Assembly (NCBI GenBank): GCA_965217775.1
Contig: CBDCJH010000001.1
Span: 29,816-93,815 of the forward strand
DNA from: Acidobacteriota bacterium
GTDB lineage: Bacteria; Acidobacteriota; UBA6911; RPQK01; JAJDTT01
Direction: 5' to 3'
DNA: 64,000 bases
Shown here: in pieces, positions 8,736-18,942 of the stretch
Numbering within the stretch: position 1 is the stretch's first letter
Layout of the letters: each line of letters begins with the position of its first letter
Notes under the pieces: generated by a model
The model's input: the letters and a program-made list of their open reading frames with translations, nothing else
Told to the model about the DNA's origin: nothing
The model's database searches: none
Position numbers and translations under genes: made by a program

Positions 8736-11591
8736 CTACCGGAACAGCACGACCACTTCTTCCAGGATCGGCGATACGACTCCGGTGGGAGCGGGATGAA
8801 GAGTCGCACGGTATTGAATCACCGAGTGCGACGGATCCGTATACGGGATTTCGGCGGGATGCTCGAAGAATGTCGCCGGACCGCCGGGTCCCCGCCACAC
8901 GGCTCCGTCCAATTCTGCTTCCGACTCGGCCGTCCTGATCTGGAAACGCACTCGGCTGCCCAGGGGAGTCTGGGCTTTCCAGGTCAGGGTCGCCGGACGG
9001 CCCTTCGTGAACGAGTGGACCGAAGAGACGTAGTCGAACTCGAATCGGCGGTCGTAGATGTTGCCCAGGTCCACTCCAGAATCTCCATGGGGACCGCGGA
9101 CCGGGATCTCCAGCCGGCGGTCCGCCCGGAATCCGTCGACGCCTCCCCAGTAGAGAAAGGAGTTGGTGACGTGATCGCCGAAGGAGCCGATCCGGTTGGC
9201 GTCCCCCTCGGAACGGTGGCAGACGAAGAGAATGTCGGCGTATCCGTCCTGGTTGAAGTCTGCCACCATGCTTCCGGCCCCGGAGTTGGTGGGCAGCTTG
9301 AACATCCGATTCGGGTCGAACCCGTCAGGTCCGCCCAGATGCACCCGTGAGAGAGTCGCCCGGCTCGATCCGGTGTTGTAATTGGGGCACACCAGGTCCA
9401 GCCATCCGTCCTGGTTCACGTCCGCCACCGTGACCAGGTTGGTCCCCTCGATCTCGAATACGGTGCGCCGGCCGGCCGAGTATTCTCCCTCTCCCGCACC
9501 CCAATAGACGAACCCCGTGGTCAACCGGGAGCCCCCCTCGATGCCACGGCTCAAGACCAGATCGAGCACTCCGTCCCGATTCAGGTCGGCGACCTCCACG
9601 CCCCGGAGGCCGGACGACCCGGGAACGATGCCACGGCGCGACGAGGAGTAACCACGGCTTCCGTCGCCCCAATAGATGGGGACACCCTCCGGATTGGCCG
9701 AGAAAACGAGGTCCAGGTGTCCGTCCCGGTTGAGATCGGCAATGGCGGGGATGCCCGTCGGTCCGTTGTCCAACTCCAGCCGCTCGGTGACCACGAACCC
9801 TTCGCCGCCACCCCAGTAGACGAACGCTCCCGTCTCCGCCAACTCCTGACTGGGGACGTTGGACAGGACCACGTCCAGCCATCCGTCCCGGTCCAGATCG
9901 GCAATGCTCACGCCGGCGCTGCCGCGTCCCATCAGGGCGGACCGGTTGTCGACCTGGAACCCCTCTCGATCACCCCAGTAGACGTGGCTCTCCTGCCGCC
10001 ACCGAACCGTCTCTCCAAAGTTGGAGACCACCAGATCGGTCCAGCCGTCGTCGTCCAGGTCCGCCGATCCCCATTCATAAGGGTCCACGGCGGGCAACGA
10101 GATTCGCCGTTCGGCGCTGTACTGGCCCTGGGCGTCTCCCCAGTAGACGAAAATGGGACTGTCTCCACCCCGGCTGCGCGACACCGTGTTGTTGAAGAGG
10201 ATGTCCGGATGGCCGTCGCCGTCGAAGTCGGTCACCAGGTTTCCCACCGCGCCCTGGGTGAAGAGGGAGGTGCGCCGGGTGGGAGCGAATCCCTCTTCGG
10301 AGTTCCATTGGATATAGGAGGGGACCTCGAAAGAGAAGTGCTCCTTGTAATTGGAGATAACCAGGTCCACGTGCCCGTCCCGATTCAGATCGGCCGCCGA
10401 GACACCCCAGGCCCCCACCGTCTCGAATTCCTGGCGCCGCTCATTGGAGAAGCCTTCCGCAGAGCCCCAGTACAGAAAGGAGTGGGTGAGAGGGTTGCCG
10501 TGGGACTGATGATTGGTGAAGAAGATGTCCTGGTGGCCGTCGCCGTTGAAATCGGCGACGGCGGTGTCGCGGGCATTACTGGTGGAAAGCTCCAGCCGTC
10601 TCTCGGCCGAGAAGCCTTCCTCACTGTTGAGATAGACGAAAGAAGCCGGGCCCTTCCCGTTGGCGATCACGAGATCCGTGCGGCCGTCGCCATTCACGTC
10701 GGCCGCCTCCACGGCGAAGGCCTGATGGGTCGGAAGATCCACCTTGCGCTGGGGACTGAAACCCTCCTCACCGCCCCACAGAACATAGGAATCGATGTCC
10801 TGGTTCCCCTTGTCTTCCTGGTTGGCCAGGATGAGATCGGGCCATCCATCCCGGTTCAAATCAGCGACGGCCGCGTCCGAGGCCCCCAACGCCGGGACGT
10901 CCACGTAGCGCTCCCGGTCGGGACCTTGGGCGGAACCCCAGAAGACTCGGGACGGCGAATCGTAACCCCCTCCCCGGAAACCGACACGGTACTCCCAGAA
11001 TCCGGCGGACAGAGCCAGAACTACGTCGGGGTGCCCGTCACGGTTCAGATCAGCCACGGTGGCTCCCTGGGCCGCCCGCGAAGGAAGGGTGATCTTCCTG
11101 GAAAAGGGGTGGAATCCCCACGCCGAATCGTCCCGGCGGTTCTTCAACTCCTCGATCCCACCAAAATAGATGAACGAGTCCATGCCGTCCCAGGTGCCGT
11201 TGGTGTAGTTGGGGAAGACCACGTCCATCCGGCCGTCCCCGTTCAGATCGCCGGCCGCCGCCCATTGGGCGCCATCGTTGGGGATGAAGGAACGGCGGGA
11301 GACGTCGAAGTCCCTGCCGTTTCCCCAATAGATGGCCGCGTCCATCTTCTCCTTGTGGGGATGGGTGTTGGAAAAGACCAGGTCGATGAACCCATCCTGA
11401 TTGAGGTCCCATCGATTCACCAATTGGATGCGGCCCCGTCTGGAAACGTAGGTGTTGGCACCGCCGTCGCCAAACCTGCCGTCAACGAAATCCTCGAAGC
11501 TGGATTCCTTCCAGACCTTCGTCTCCGTCTGGCCCCAGGCCGCAACGGCGCAAGGCAGAAAAAGCAAGGTCAGCCCCAGATTCCAGCGCAT
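8736..11591 (-). CDS. secreted FG-GAP/VCBS-repeat protein
   Basis: 951 aa with a signal peptide (LTLLFLPCAVAAWGQ). More than 10 repeats of the ADLNRDGxxDLV / ADFNGDGHxD type. Confidence 0.85.
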   Translation of the reverse strand: MRWNLGLTLLFLPCAVAAWGQTETKVWKESSFEDFVDGRFGDGGANTYVSRRGRIQLVNRWDLNQDGFIDLVFSNTHPHKEKMDAAIYWGNGRDFDVSRRSFIPNDGAQWAAAGDLNGDGRMDVVFPNYTNGTWDGMDSFIYFGGIEELKNRRDDSAWGFHPFSRKITLPSRAAQGATVADLNRDGHPDVVLALSAGFWEYRVGFRGGGYDSPSRVFWGSAQGPDRERYVDVPALGASDAAVADLNRDGWPDLILANQEDKGNQDIDSYVLWGGEEGFSPQRKVDLPTHQAFAVEAADVNGDGRTDLVIANGKGPASFVYLNSEEGFSAERRLELSTSNARDTAVADFNGDGHQDIFFTNHQSHGNPLTHSFLYWGSAEGFSNERRQEFETVGAWGVSAADLNRDGHVDLVISNYKEHFSFEVPSYIQWNSEEGFAPTRRTSLFTQGAVGNLVTDFDGDGHPDILFNNTVSRSRGGDSPIFVYWGDAQGQYSAERRISLPAVDPYEWGSADLDDDGWTDLVVSNFGETVRWRQESHVYWGDREGFQVDNRSALMGRGSAGVSIADLDRDGWLDVVLSNVPSQELAETGAFVYWGGGEGFVVTERLELDNGPTGIPAIADLNRDGHLDLVFSANPEGVPIYWGDGSRGYSSSRRGIVPGSSGLRGVEVADLNRDGVLDLVLSRGIEGGSRLTTGFVYWGAGEGEYSAGRRTVFEIEGTNLVTVADVNQDGWLDLVCPNYNTGSSRATLSRVHLGGPDGFDPNRMFKLPTNSGAGSMVADFNQDGYADILFVCHRSEGDANRIGSFGDHVTNSFLYWGGVDGFRADRRLEIPVRGPHGDSGVDLGNIYDRRFEFDYVSSVHSFTKGRPATLTWKAQTPLGSRVRFQIRTAESEAELDGAVWRGPGGPATFFEHPAEIPYTDPSHSVIQYRATLHPAPTGVVSPILEEVVVLFR

Positions 11592-11609
11592 ATCAGACCT
11601 CCCGGGTAT

Positions 11610-12197
11610 TCAGTGGCCAGCTTGTTCGAGGTACTTCCTGGCGAACTCGAGCAACTTCCTGGATCGCAGGCCGATCTTCCGGGCCTCTTTCTCCGCCTTC
11701 GCCAGACTCCAGCCATGGTTGACCACCCGGTGAAGAATCCAGAACGCTCCGACCCGATTGGCGCTGGCGCAATGAATGAAGAGGGGCCGGTTCGACTCAT
11801 CCGAGACGATCCGCAGAAACTCGTCTCCCAGCTTCGGAGTCAGGTGATTCGAGTCCACCGGAAGATGGAAATACTTGAGTCCAAGCGCCTGCACGGCAGC
11901 TCCCTCTTTCAAAACGCCGGGGTCCTCGGCGGCGGTCCGCAGGTTCAAGACCGAGTGGACCCCTCGCTGCTTGAGCCGGATCAGGTCCTGGTGGGCCGGT
12001 TGGCCGCCGGTACAGTAGTCCCGGTTGATCCAGAGGAAGTTACGAGCCGAGACCGGCGCGTCGGAATCCTGCGCCAGCACAAATCCAGGCAGAAAGACCA
12101 CCCAGAGAAGAGCGGCCGGAATGATGAATCTCACGGCCCGAGTATACCGGAGCTTGCCCGGAAAGGCGGACCCTGGAAAGATCCCGGCATCATCCAA
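11610..12197 (-). CDS. Cys-based phosphatase-like protein (DUF442/PTP-like)
   Basis: 195 aa with a hydrophobic N-terminus. Active-site-like IHCASANRVGAFW. Confidence 0.5.
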   Translation of the reverse strand: MDDAGIFPGSAFPGKLRYTRAVRFIIPAALLWVVFLPGFVLAQDSDAPVSARNFLWINRDYCTGGQPAHQDLIRLKQRGVHSVLNLRTAAEDPGVLKEGAAVQALGLKYFHLPVDSNHLTPKLGDEFLRIVSDESNRPLFIHCASANRVGAFWILHRVVNHGWSLAKAEKEARKIGLRSRKLLEFARKYLEQAGH

Positions 12198-12214
12198 AGA
12201 CGGGGGCTGATAGA

Positions 12215-14041
12215 ATGTTTCGTCTGTATTCCGTGAGCGGACTCGAAGTCCTTTCTGTCGTCGCCATGCGATTTCGCCGCCTGTCGTGGGCCGCCGGCCT
12301 CTTGGGGTTCACCCTGATGCCGCTCGACGCCCAACAGGAACTCGTTCCGTCTTTCCGAGCCCATTCCGAGGTCGTCCTGGTCGACCTGGTAGTCACCGAC
12401 AAGCGAGACCGATTCGTCCCCGACCTGAAGCTTGAAGAGATTCAGGTTTTCGAGGACGGCAAGCTCCAGAGACTGACCTTCTTCGACCTGCGCATACGGG
12501 CCGGGTCCGAGGAACAACTGGTATCGGACGTCAGAACGGGCGCCGTTCCGGCACCCGCCCTCGCCGTCAGGTCCCTCCCCACGACCCCACAGGACAGGGG
12601 TTATTTCGTCTTTCTGTTCGACCTGCAGGCCATGTCCTTTCATGGGCTGGAACGAGCCAAGGAATCCATACGACGGTTCGCCCGCTCCGAACTGGCTCCC
12701 ACCGACCGGGTGATGGTGGCCAGCATACGGCCGCAGTTTCGAGTCGAAATGCCCTTCACCAGCGACATTTCTCGATTGAACGCCACCCTCGACCAACTGG
12801 TCGCGAGAGATTTTGAAGAGACCAGCATCGCCCGGTTCATAGAGCAGATGGACCATTCGTTCGCCCGAATGGAGGCGGGAGCCCTGGATACCTTCGATCC
12901 CGGCCAGACCGGGGCCGGAGAGCAGAGACTCGATCCAAATCTGGATGGAGCCATCTCTCAAGCAGCGGACCACGGCCGCGATCTCCTGGTGAAGGTCGAA
13001 CTGCAGTTGGACTTCACCTGCGCCGCCATCGGCGCGCTCTCCCGGCATCTGGGCTCCCTGCCCGGACGAAAACAGCTGATCTACTTCTCCAAGGGCTATC
13101 CTCTGGATGCCAAGCGCACCGTCACTCACCTGATCTCCCAACGAGCCGTTACCTACTCTCCGGGACAGGTCACGCTGATCCATCTGGCGGCCAACAACTA
13201 CATGGCGGGAGCCTCCCAAGCCTCGCACCTGCTCAACCGGCTTGGATCGGCGGTACGCCAGGCCAATCGAGCCCAGGTTTCGGTGTACAGTATCGATCCT
13301 CGAGGTCTGATGGTCCCCGCGATCAGCAACCCTGAAACCAGAGGTTCGGGCAATTACCTCTACCCGACCTACTCCACCGAGGACATCACGGCCCCGCAAC
13401 AGTTTCTGGCCTCCCTCTCGATGGAGACCGGTGGGCTCTGGTTCGCCGACGACAACGACCTGGAACGCCCGATCCGCAGTGCCTACCGGGACGGCAGTCA
13501 ATACTACCTTTTGGGATACGTCCCGTCCTCGATCCGGAAGCAGGGCAAGTTCCACAAGATCAAGGTGAAGGTCAGAAGAAAGGGCATCCGGTTGCGGTAC
13601 CGGGAAGGTTACGTCGAAGAGGACCCGCGGGAAGCCGAAACCGTTGATCTGGCCAACGCCTTCAAGTTCCCCGACCTGTTCCGGGACTTTCCCGTCGACA
13701 CTCAGATCCTGAACCGAAAGGGGCAGGTGCAGGTCCAGGCCCGAATTCCCACCGGCTCCTTCATCTTCAGATCCCAGGGCGGACAGAACCGGTGCGTCAT
13801 CGAGATGTTCGGCGCACTCTTCGACGACGGCGGGAAATGGGTTGGGGAGAACTTCTACTTCGTCGAGAAGATCGACCTGGACTTCAACCAGCAGGATCTG
13901 GCCAAGTTCCTCCGCTACGAACACTTCGTCCCCATGGCGGCGGGGGTCGCGCCGGACGGGCCCCACGACCTGGTGGTCGTGGTTCGCCAGAGTCTCACCG
14001 GAAGGATGGCAACGTCGACCCATCGGATCGTGCCGAACTGA
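12215..14041 (+). CDS. VWA-domain protein (VWFA-related acidobacterial-type)
   Basis: 608 aa with a signal peptide. The N-terminus VVLVDLVVTDKRDRFVPDLKLEEIQVFEDGKLQRLTFF resembles, from memory, the acidobacterial VWFA-related family. Confidence 0.7.
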   Translation: MFRLYSVSGLEVLSVVAMRFRRLSWAAGLLGFTLMPLDAQQELVPSFRAHSEVVLVDLVVTDKRDRFVPDLKLEEIQVFEDGKLQRLTFFDLRIRAGSEEQLVSDVRTGAVPAPALAVRSLPTTPQDRGYFVFLFDLQAMSFHGLERAKESIRRFARSELAPTDRVMVASIRPQFRVEMPFTSDISRLNATLDQLVARDFEETSIARFIEQMDHSFARMEAGALDTFDPGQTGAGEQRLDPNLDGAISQAADHGRDLLVKVELQLDFTCAAIGALSRHLGSLPGRKQLIYFSKGYPLDAKRTVTHLISQRAVTYSPGQVTLIHLAANNYMAGASQASHLLNRLGSAVRQANRAQVSVYSIDPRGLMVPAISNPETRGSGNYLYPTYSTEDITAPQQFLASLSMETGGLWFADDNDLERPIRSAYRDGSQYYLLGYVPSSIRKQGKFHKIKVKVRRKGIRLRYREGYVEEDPREAETVDLANAFKFPDLFRDFPVDTQILNRKGQVQVQARIPTGSFIFRSQGGQNRCVIEMFGALFDDGGKWVGENFYFVEKIDLDFNQQDLAKFLRYEHFVPMAAGVAPDGPHDLVVVVRQSLTGRMATSTHRIVPN

Positions 14042-14085
14042 GGGGAAGATCACAGGATCGGCAGAGTCCACTCGAGTTGAGGACG

Positions 14086-15501
14086 ATGGACAAGCCCAAC
14101 CTCGTCTACATCACCGCCGATCAACTCAAGGCCTCGGCGGCGCCCATTCTGGGGAACTCGCTGATCTCCTGCCCCTTCATGGAAGGCCTGGCCGCGGAAG
14201 GAATCACTTTTCCCGAGACTTATGCCGCCAGCACCATCTGCACCCCCAGCCGCGCCTCCGTCTTCACCGGCGTTCATCCCCTGGTCCACCAGGTCACCTG
14301 TTGGCAGAACAAGGCGCCCCTGAACTTGCCGCAGATGTCCGAGCTCTTCGCCTCAGCCGGTTACTACACGGCGGTGTCGGGTCATTTCGAACAAGGGAGG
14401 AACCTGAGCCGCGGCTGGTACGAGCAGGTGGATCTGCGCGAGCCGGGTCCGCTGGCTCGAGCCTTGGAGACCAAGTACTCCCATGGCCGCAGAGACGTGG
14501 GCTGGTCCTGCGGAGCCATCGATTGCGCTCCCGAGGAGGGACATTCGGCGCTGCTGGCAGATCGGTCGATCCGCATGATCGACACGGCACGGCGATCCCG
14601 AATGCCTTTCTTTCTCCACTTCTCCTTCAACGACCCTCATCCCTCCTATTTCGTGCCTCCCCCCTACGATTCCATGGTGGACCCCGGCCAAGTCGATCTG
14701 CCGGTGATGGACCACGACGGGGCGAGGCCCGCCTGGCAAACCCAGGCCCTCAAGGAAGTCAGGACCGATGAGGCTTCCGAACGCGAACTCAAGAAGGTGG
14801 TGGCCGTCTACCACGGAATGATTCGCTACGTGGACGACCAGATGAATCGGGTGTTCCAGGCCCTGGCCGAACGGGACCTGCTGGAGGACACCTGGGTGGT
14901 CTTCGCCTCCGACCACGGCGATTTCATGGGGGAGAAGGGACTCTTCGAGAAGTGCGAGGTTCCCTATGAGTGCCTGACCCACGTCCCGCTGGTGATCCGC
15001 CCGCCCACGAATCTGGCGGCTCACCGGGGAACCCGGATCCCCGGTCTGGTGGATCTGGTGGATCTTTTCCCCACCTTCCTCTCACTGGCCGGCATTCCGG
15101 TTCCCGACTATGCTCAGGGACGGGATCTGATGGCCTGGGTGGGCCGGGGAGCGAGACGGCCGTTGCGCCGTGTCGTCTTCGCTCAGGTCGGCGACTACCA
15201 TGGGCACCTCAAGTCCACCTTTCCCACCGGAACCTTCAATTCGGGGCGGCGAAACGCCCTGGTTCGCGGCGGACGGAGCCGGGACTTCTCCTACATCCGG
15301 GATCCGCAGTACGGGGACGAAGCCTACGATCTCACGCAGGATCCCCGCGAACTGGACAACCTCCTGCAGCGGGGGTCGGTCCCGGATGACGTCACTCAGT
15401 TCAGGGATGATCTCGACGGCTGGGAGGAGGCCTGTCTCGACCTGCGGAGACAGTTGAACGTCATCCCCGGAGACCGGGGTTTCGAACCGGGTTGGGAGTA
15501 G
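14086..15501 (+). CDS. Cys-type sulfatase (no obvious signal peptide)
   Basis: Starts at MDKPNLVYITADQL, an in-frame ATG within track ORF 13792. Formylglycine motif STICTPSRASVFTG. Also SDHGDFMGEKG. Confidence 0.88.
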   Translation: MDKPNLVYITADQLKASAAPILGNSLISCPFMEGLAAEGITFPETYAASTICTPSRASVFTGVHPLVHQVTCWQNKAPLNLPQMSELFASAGYYTAVSGHFEQGRNLSRGWYEQVDLREPGPLARALETKYSHGRRDVGWSCGAIDCAPEEGHSALLADRSIRMIDTARRSRMPFFLHFSFNDPHPSYFVPPPYDSMVDPGQVDLPVMDHDGARPAWQTQALKEVRTDEASERELKKVVAVYHGMIRYVDDQMNRVFQALAERDLLEDTWVVFASDHGDFMGEKGLFEKCEVPYECLTHVPLVIRPPTNLAAHRGTRIPGLVDLVDLFPTFLSLAGIPVPDYAQGRDLMAWVGRGARRPLRRVVFAQVGDYHGHLKSTFPTGTFNSGRRNALVRGGRSRDFSYIRDPQYGDEAYDLTQDPRELDNLLQRGSVPDDVTQFRDDLDGWEEACLDLRRQLNVIPGDRGFEPGWE

Positions 15502-15512
15502 TGGGGCGGCAT

Positions 15513-15569
15513 GGAATCGGGGGTTTGTAACCCCCGATTCCGGGGTGTGGGGGGGACAAGAATGTCCCC
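15513..15569. terminator. two stem-loops between convergent genes (candidate bidirectional terminator)
   Basis: GGAATCGGGGGTT-TGT-AACCCCCGATTCC (13-bp stem, 15513-15541) and GGGGACA-AGAA-TGTCCCC (15552-15569). They lie between the sulfatase stop (15501) and the ankyrin stop (15582). Confidence 0.55.
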
Positions 15570-15581
15570 TCCCAGGCGCCC

Positions 15582-16355
15582 CTACCTGGTGGCGCCGGCC
15601 TCTTGTAGATAACGGACGACCTCGGTGTGCCGGTTGGAAGCTGCAGCCCCAAGGGCGGTGAGACCCTTCTGGTCCTTGATGTCCAGTCGAGCTCCCGCGT
15701 TCACCAGCGCCTGGACCACTGGCAGATGGCCCTCGGTCGCCGCGCCGATGAGTGCCGTCTTGCCTTCGTTCTCGCGGGCATCGACGGCGGCCCCGGCCGC
15801 CAGCAGGGCTTGGGCGGTTTCCAGGCGGCCGCTCCAGGCGGCCCACATCAGGGCGGTGGCGCCGGTGTAATCGCGTGATTCCAACTGGGCTCCGGCGGCA
15901 AGCAACATCCCCACGATCACCGTGCGCCCCTCCCACGCGGCCCCCATGAGCCCGCCCCGGTCGTTCTTGTCCTTGATGTTCACGTCGGCTCCGGCTTCCA
16001 GAAGAATGCCGACGGTGTCGCCATATCCCTTCCAGCAGGCCCAGATGAGGGGTGTCATTCCGGCCAGTTCATCCCGGGGATCGATTTCGGAGCCTCGTTC
16101 CAAAAGGATCTTGACCACTTCGGTCTGACCCCTCCAAGCGGCGGCGGTCAGAGCCGTGGTGCCCTGCTCGTCCCTCCCGTTGACGTCCACGCCGAGGTCC
16201 AGCAGGTACTTCACCGCGTCCACGTCTCCCCGTTCGGCAGCCTCGATGAGATGGATCGGTTTCTCCTGCTGCCGGATCGCACCCGACACGGGTCCCGCTA
16301 CCAGGAGCGACGCGGCCAGCACCAAAACCACCGGCTTTCTGATTCTCAATCTCAT
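15582..16355 (-). CDS. secreted ankyrin-repeat protein
   Basis: Signal peptide MRLRIRKPVVLVLAASLLVAGPVSG, then about 7 ANK repeats (TALTAAAWRGQTEVVKILLERGSEID and similar). The ATG at 16355 overlaps the batE stop as ATGA. The track start is 16394. Confidence 0.85.
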   Translation of the reverse strand: MRLRIRKPVVLVLAASLLVAGPVSGAIRQQEKPIHLIEAAERGDVDAVKYLLDLGVDVNGRDEQGTTALTAAAWRGQTEVVKILLERGSEIDPRDELAGMTPLIWACWKGYGDTVGILLEAGADVNIKDKNDRGGLMGAAWEGRTVIVGMLLAAGAQLESRDYTGATALMWAAWSGRLETAQALLAAGAAVDARENEGKTALIGAATEGHLPVVQALVNAGARLDIKDQKGLTALGAAASNRHTEVVRYLQEAGATR

Positions 16356-17113
16356 TGCTGAGCGATCCTGGCCATGGAGTCGGCCTTCAGCCATCCTACA
16401 TTACCGTCGGCGAGAAGGACTTCGACCCACGATCCCGAAACTTCCTGAATTCGCACCTTGGTCCCCTCGTGGAGCGTGAAGACGTGGATGCCCTCTTCTC
16501 CCGGAGCACTCACGGCCCTGGCCTCATTGGCCAGAATGATGGCCTCGGAGGACTCTCGTTCCTGGCGAATCTGACCGGCAAGGCATAGGGAGGACACGAT
16601 CAGCAGGAGAGCTCCGGCCCCGATGATCTTGCCGGTGAACCTGCGGCCCCGACTCCAAAGAAGCCTGAGGATCCAGGCAGCCACCAGAACGGCGTAGGAA
16701 CTCCACATCAGGATCCATAGAGCGCTACGGGGAAGAAAGAACACGAAGCGCTCCAAGAGGACCAGGGGCCTGAACCGGGGCAGCTCAGGAATTTGATCGA
16801 CCACCTTGAGCCGCGCCAGTGACAGGTTCACCTCCAGATCCTCATCTCCGGGGATCAGTCGAGCCGCGCGCTCATAGTGAAGAATCGCCTGCCCCGTCTC
16901 GCCGAGCTTGTAGTAGCAATTCCCCATGTTGAAATAGAGTGGGCCCGACTCGTAACCCATGGCGGCGACGCTGGCGTAGCTCTCCAAGGCCTTCCGGTAT
17001 TCACCAGCCTCGTAATTTCGGTTGCCCTGTTGGAAGAGACCCTCCCGAGAGTCCCCCCAAACCGGAGCGAAGATCAAAGTCAGCGAGAGCAGAGCGATCG
17101 CCCGTGGGTTCAC
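16352..17113 (-). CDS. batE: BatE-like TPR plus SH3 domain protein
   Basis: 253 aa with a signal peptide, TPR repeats (YEAGEYRKALESY, GNCYYKLGETGQAILHYERA), TM segments and a C-terminal SH3-like WVEVLLADGNVGWLKADS. Last of the Bat gene order. Confidence 0.75.
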   Translation of the reverse strand: MNPRAIALLSLTLIFAPVWGDSREGLFQQGNRNYEAGEYRKALESYASVAAMGYESGPLYFNMGNCYYKLGETGQAILHYERAARLIPGDEDLEVNLSLARLKVVDQIPELPRFRPLVLLERFVFFLPRSALWILMWSSYAVLVAAWILRLLWSRGRRFTGKIIGAGALLLIVSSLCLAGQIRQERESSEAIILANEARAVSAPGEEGIHVFTLHEGTKVRIQEVSGSWVEVLLADGNVGWLKADSMARIAQQ

Positions 17114-18942
17114 TGAGAATACCTCCTTTCCGGGCGGGAGGCGAACTCCTGCTCCATCCGGGTCACGGCGTCCCGGGCGCTGGCCATCAGGTCCTGCATT
17201 TCCTGCTCGGCGGAGGAAGAGGGCGCGAACTGCTTCAGGTCACAGATCTGAAGACAATCGAAATAGCCCGCGAGGGATTCTTCCGAGACTCCTCTCGCCC
17301 GCAAGGACTCCTTGACCTCCTGACTGACCATTCCGGCTTGGGCCAGGTTGAGCTTGTCGGCAAGATAGCCCGTGAGCGCCTGTCCCACGGCCTGATAGAA
17401 CTTCTTCTCGGCGCCCCCATCCAGATGGGCCTGGGCTTGGGCCAGTCTCTTCCGGGAGACGCGGCGAGCCCGCCGGGCCCGCGCGTAGGCTACGTCTCCC
17501 TTGAGCCGCATCAGATGCCGCCTGTAACCGACGGCGCCCAGAAGGCAAAACAGGGGCAAAGAGAAGGGAATCCAGAACCGCTGGGCCGTCAGCAAGGACT
17601 CCCCGGTCTTGCGGAATGGACCGGACCCGATCTTGATGAACCGGATATCCTGTCCCAGCAGCTTCACCTCCTGGCGGGAGAGCCCTCCTTCCGCCGCTTC
17701 CGCCAAGTGATCTCCTGGCGCCACATGGACCGACAACTCGGGAGCGCGGCTGATCCGGTAGGCGCCCTCGACCGGGTCGAAGTACGCCAGCTTCACCGGC
17801 TCCAACCGCACCGGACCGGGACGGCGGGGAATGAGCACGTATTCGTAGGTCTTCTCTCCCGAGATCCCGCTCGGATCCCGTCGGATCTGCTGCTCCATCT
17901 TCGGCGGGTAGACTTCGAAGCTGGAAGGGAAGGAGATTTGGGGTTCGCTCAGTCCGGAAAGATTGCCGCTGCCGGAAATCCGAACCTTGTAGGTCAGAGC
18001 CTTGTTGACCTTGACCTGAGACTTGTCCAATTGACCAGCAATGGAGAAACTTCCCACGGCGCCCTGGAATTCCGGGGGCCTGCCCTCCTGGGGCAAGGGC
18101 AGGACTTGCACCCGAAGCGAATCGGAAGCCAGTTGCCGGGTCACCTCCCGGCCGAAGAGATCACCGCTGAAAAAGCCTCGGAAGGGGTCCCGGGAGACGC
18201 CTCGGGACCGGACCCGGCATTCTAGGACCAGGGGGCCGACCTCCTTTTCCCCAGCGCCGGTGGGGAAAAGCGCCATCCTCTTGATCAGCGCCACCCTATA
18301 TCGCCGTCCGTCGATCACTTCCTCGGTATGTGGCTGCCGGGTCTGCGGATAGTCTTCCACCCAGAATCCAGCCGTCTCCGGCTGCTTGGAGATCCCGTAC
18401 GAGGAAACGCTGACACGCGTATAGATCTTGTAAGTCACCACCAGGGCCTGGTTCTCGTAGATGCGCTCCCGGTCGGCCGTTGCACGCACAAAGAGATCGG
18501 ATTGGGCAGCCGTGCCCGCCGGCCGGCGGTCGCCACGAGGAGTGGGCGCCGGTCGACCGGTGCCGCCGATCCGGATCCGAAGAGGGGCCGTTTTATGGAC
18601 CCTGCCGTCCAGTTGCACTTGGACCGCGCCGATCTCGAACTCCCCTTCCCGGGTCGCCTGAAAATGGAAGCTGAAGGTCCTGGACGTGGACATGCGTCCG
18701 TTCACCAAGCGAAACTGCTGTGAACTCCTACGTCCCAGGAACGCGGCAAACTTCTCCATCGGGGGCAAGCGCGGTTCTCCGGATCCGGAGGCGCCCCTGC
18801 CCGAAACTTCCACCGAAAGCGTGAACTGCTGGCCCACAAAGACGGAGGTACGGTCCAGAAACGCCCGGACGGCCGGGTCCTGACCGCCTGCCGGTCCGCA
18901 AAGCAGGACCGCCGCCAGAAGTGTTCCGCAAAACTTTCTCAC
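17110..18942 (-). CDS. batD: BatD-like oxygen-tolerance protein
   Basis: 610 aa with a signal peptide and a C-terminal TM region. Position between batC and batE, with 4-nt overlaps on both sides. Confidence 0.75.
   Translation of the reverse strand: MRKFCGTLLAAVLLCGPAGGQDPAVRAFLDRTSVFVGQQFTLSVEVSGRGASGSGEPRLPPMEKFAAFLGRRSSQQFRLVNGRMSTSRTFSFHFQATREGEFEIGAVQVQLDGRVHKTAPLRIRIGGTGRPAPTPRGDRRPAGTAAQSDLFVRATADRERIYENQALVVTYKIYTRVSVSSYGISKQPETAGFWVEDYPQTRQPHTEEVIDGRRYRVALIKRMALFPTGAGEKEVGPLVLECRVRSRGVSRDPFRGFFSGDLFGREVTRQLASDSLRVQVLPLPQEGRPPEFQGAVGSFSIAGQLDKSQVKVNKALTYKVRISGSGNLSGLSEPQISFPSSFEVYPPKMEQQIRRDPSGISGEKTYEYVLIPRRPGPVRLEPVKLAYFDPVEGAYRISRAPELSVHVAPGDHLAEAAEGGLSRQEVKLLGQDIRFIKIGSGPFRKTGESLLTAQRFWIPFSLPLFCLLGAVGYRRHLMRLKGDVAYARARRARRVSRKRLAQAQAHLDGGAEKKFYQAVGQALTGYLADKLNLAQAGMVSQEVKESLRARGVSEESLAGYFDCLQICDLKQFAPSSSAEQEMQDLMASARDAVTRMEQEFASRPERRYSQ

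Noticed and set aside
9717-12236. 839-aa plus-strand ORF, one of several very long ORFs antisense to clear genes. Others are 12131-14071(-), 16939-18225(+), 20975-22339(+), 42835-44148(+), 51948-53177(+), 54544-55956(+), 59139-60449(-) and 62243-63553(-).
   Set aside because: Their composition is typical of high-GC antisense frames (rich in R, G, P, A, V and D, with no motifs). The opposite strand encodes proteins with recognisable domains and signal peptides.
13792-14085. N-terminal 98-codon extension of the sulfatase ORF.
   Set aside because: It overlaps the 3' end of the VWA gene in another frame and is Arg/Gly-rich. MDKPNLVYITADQ at 14086 is a typical sulfatase start.
14086-15501. A functional link between the Cys-type sulfatase and the FGE-sulfatase-fold DGR target.
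   Set aside because: The DGR target uses the fold only as a variable ligand-binding scaffold. The genes are 17 kb apart with unrelated genes in between, and nothing in the sequence connects them.
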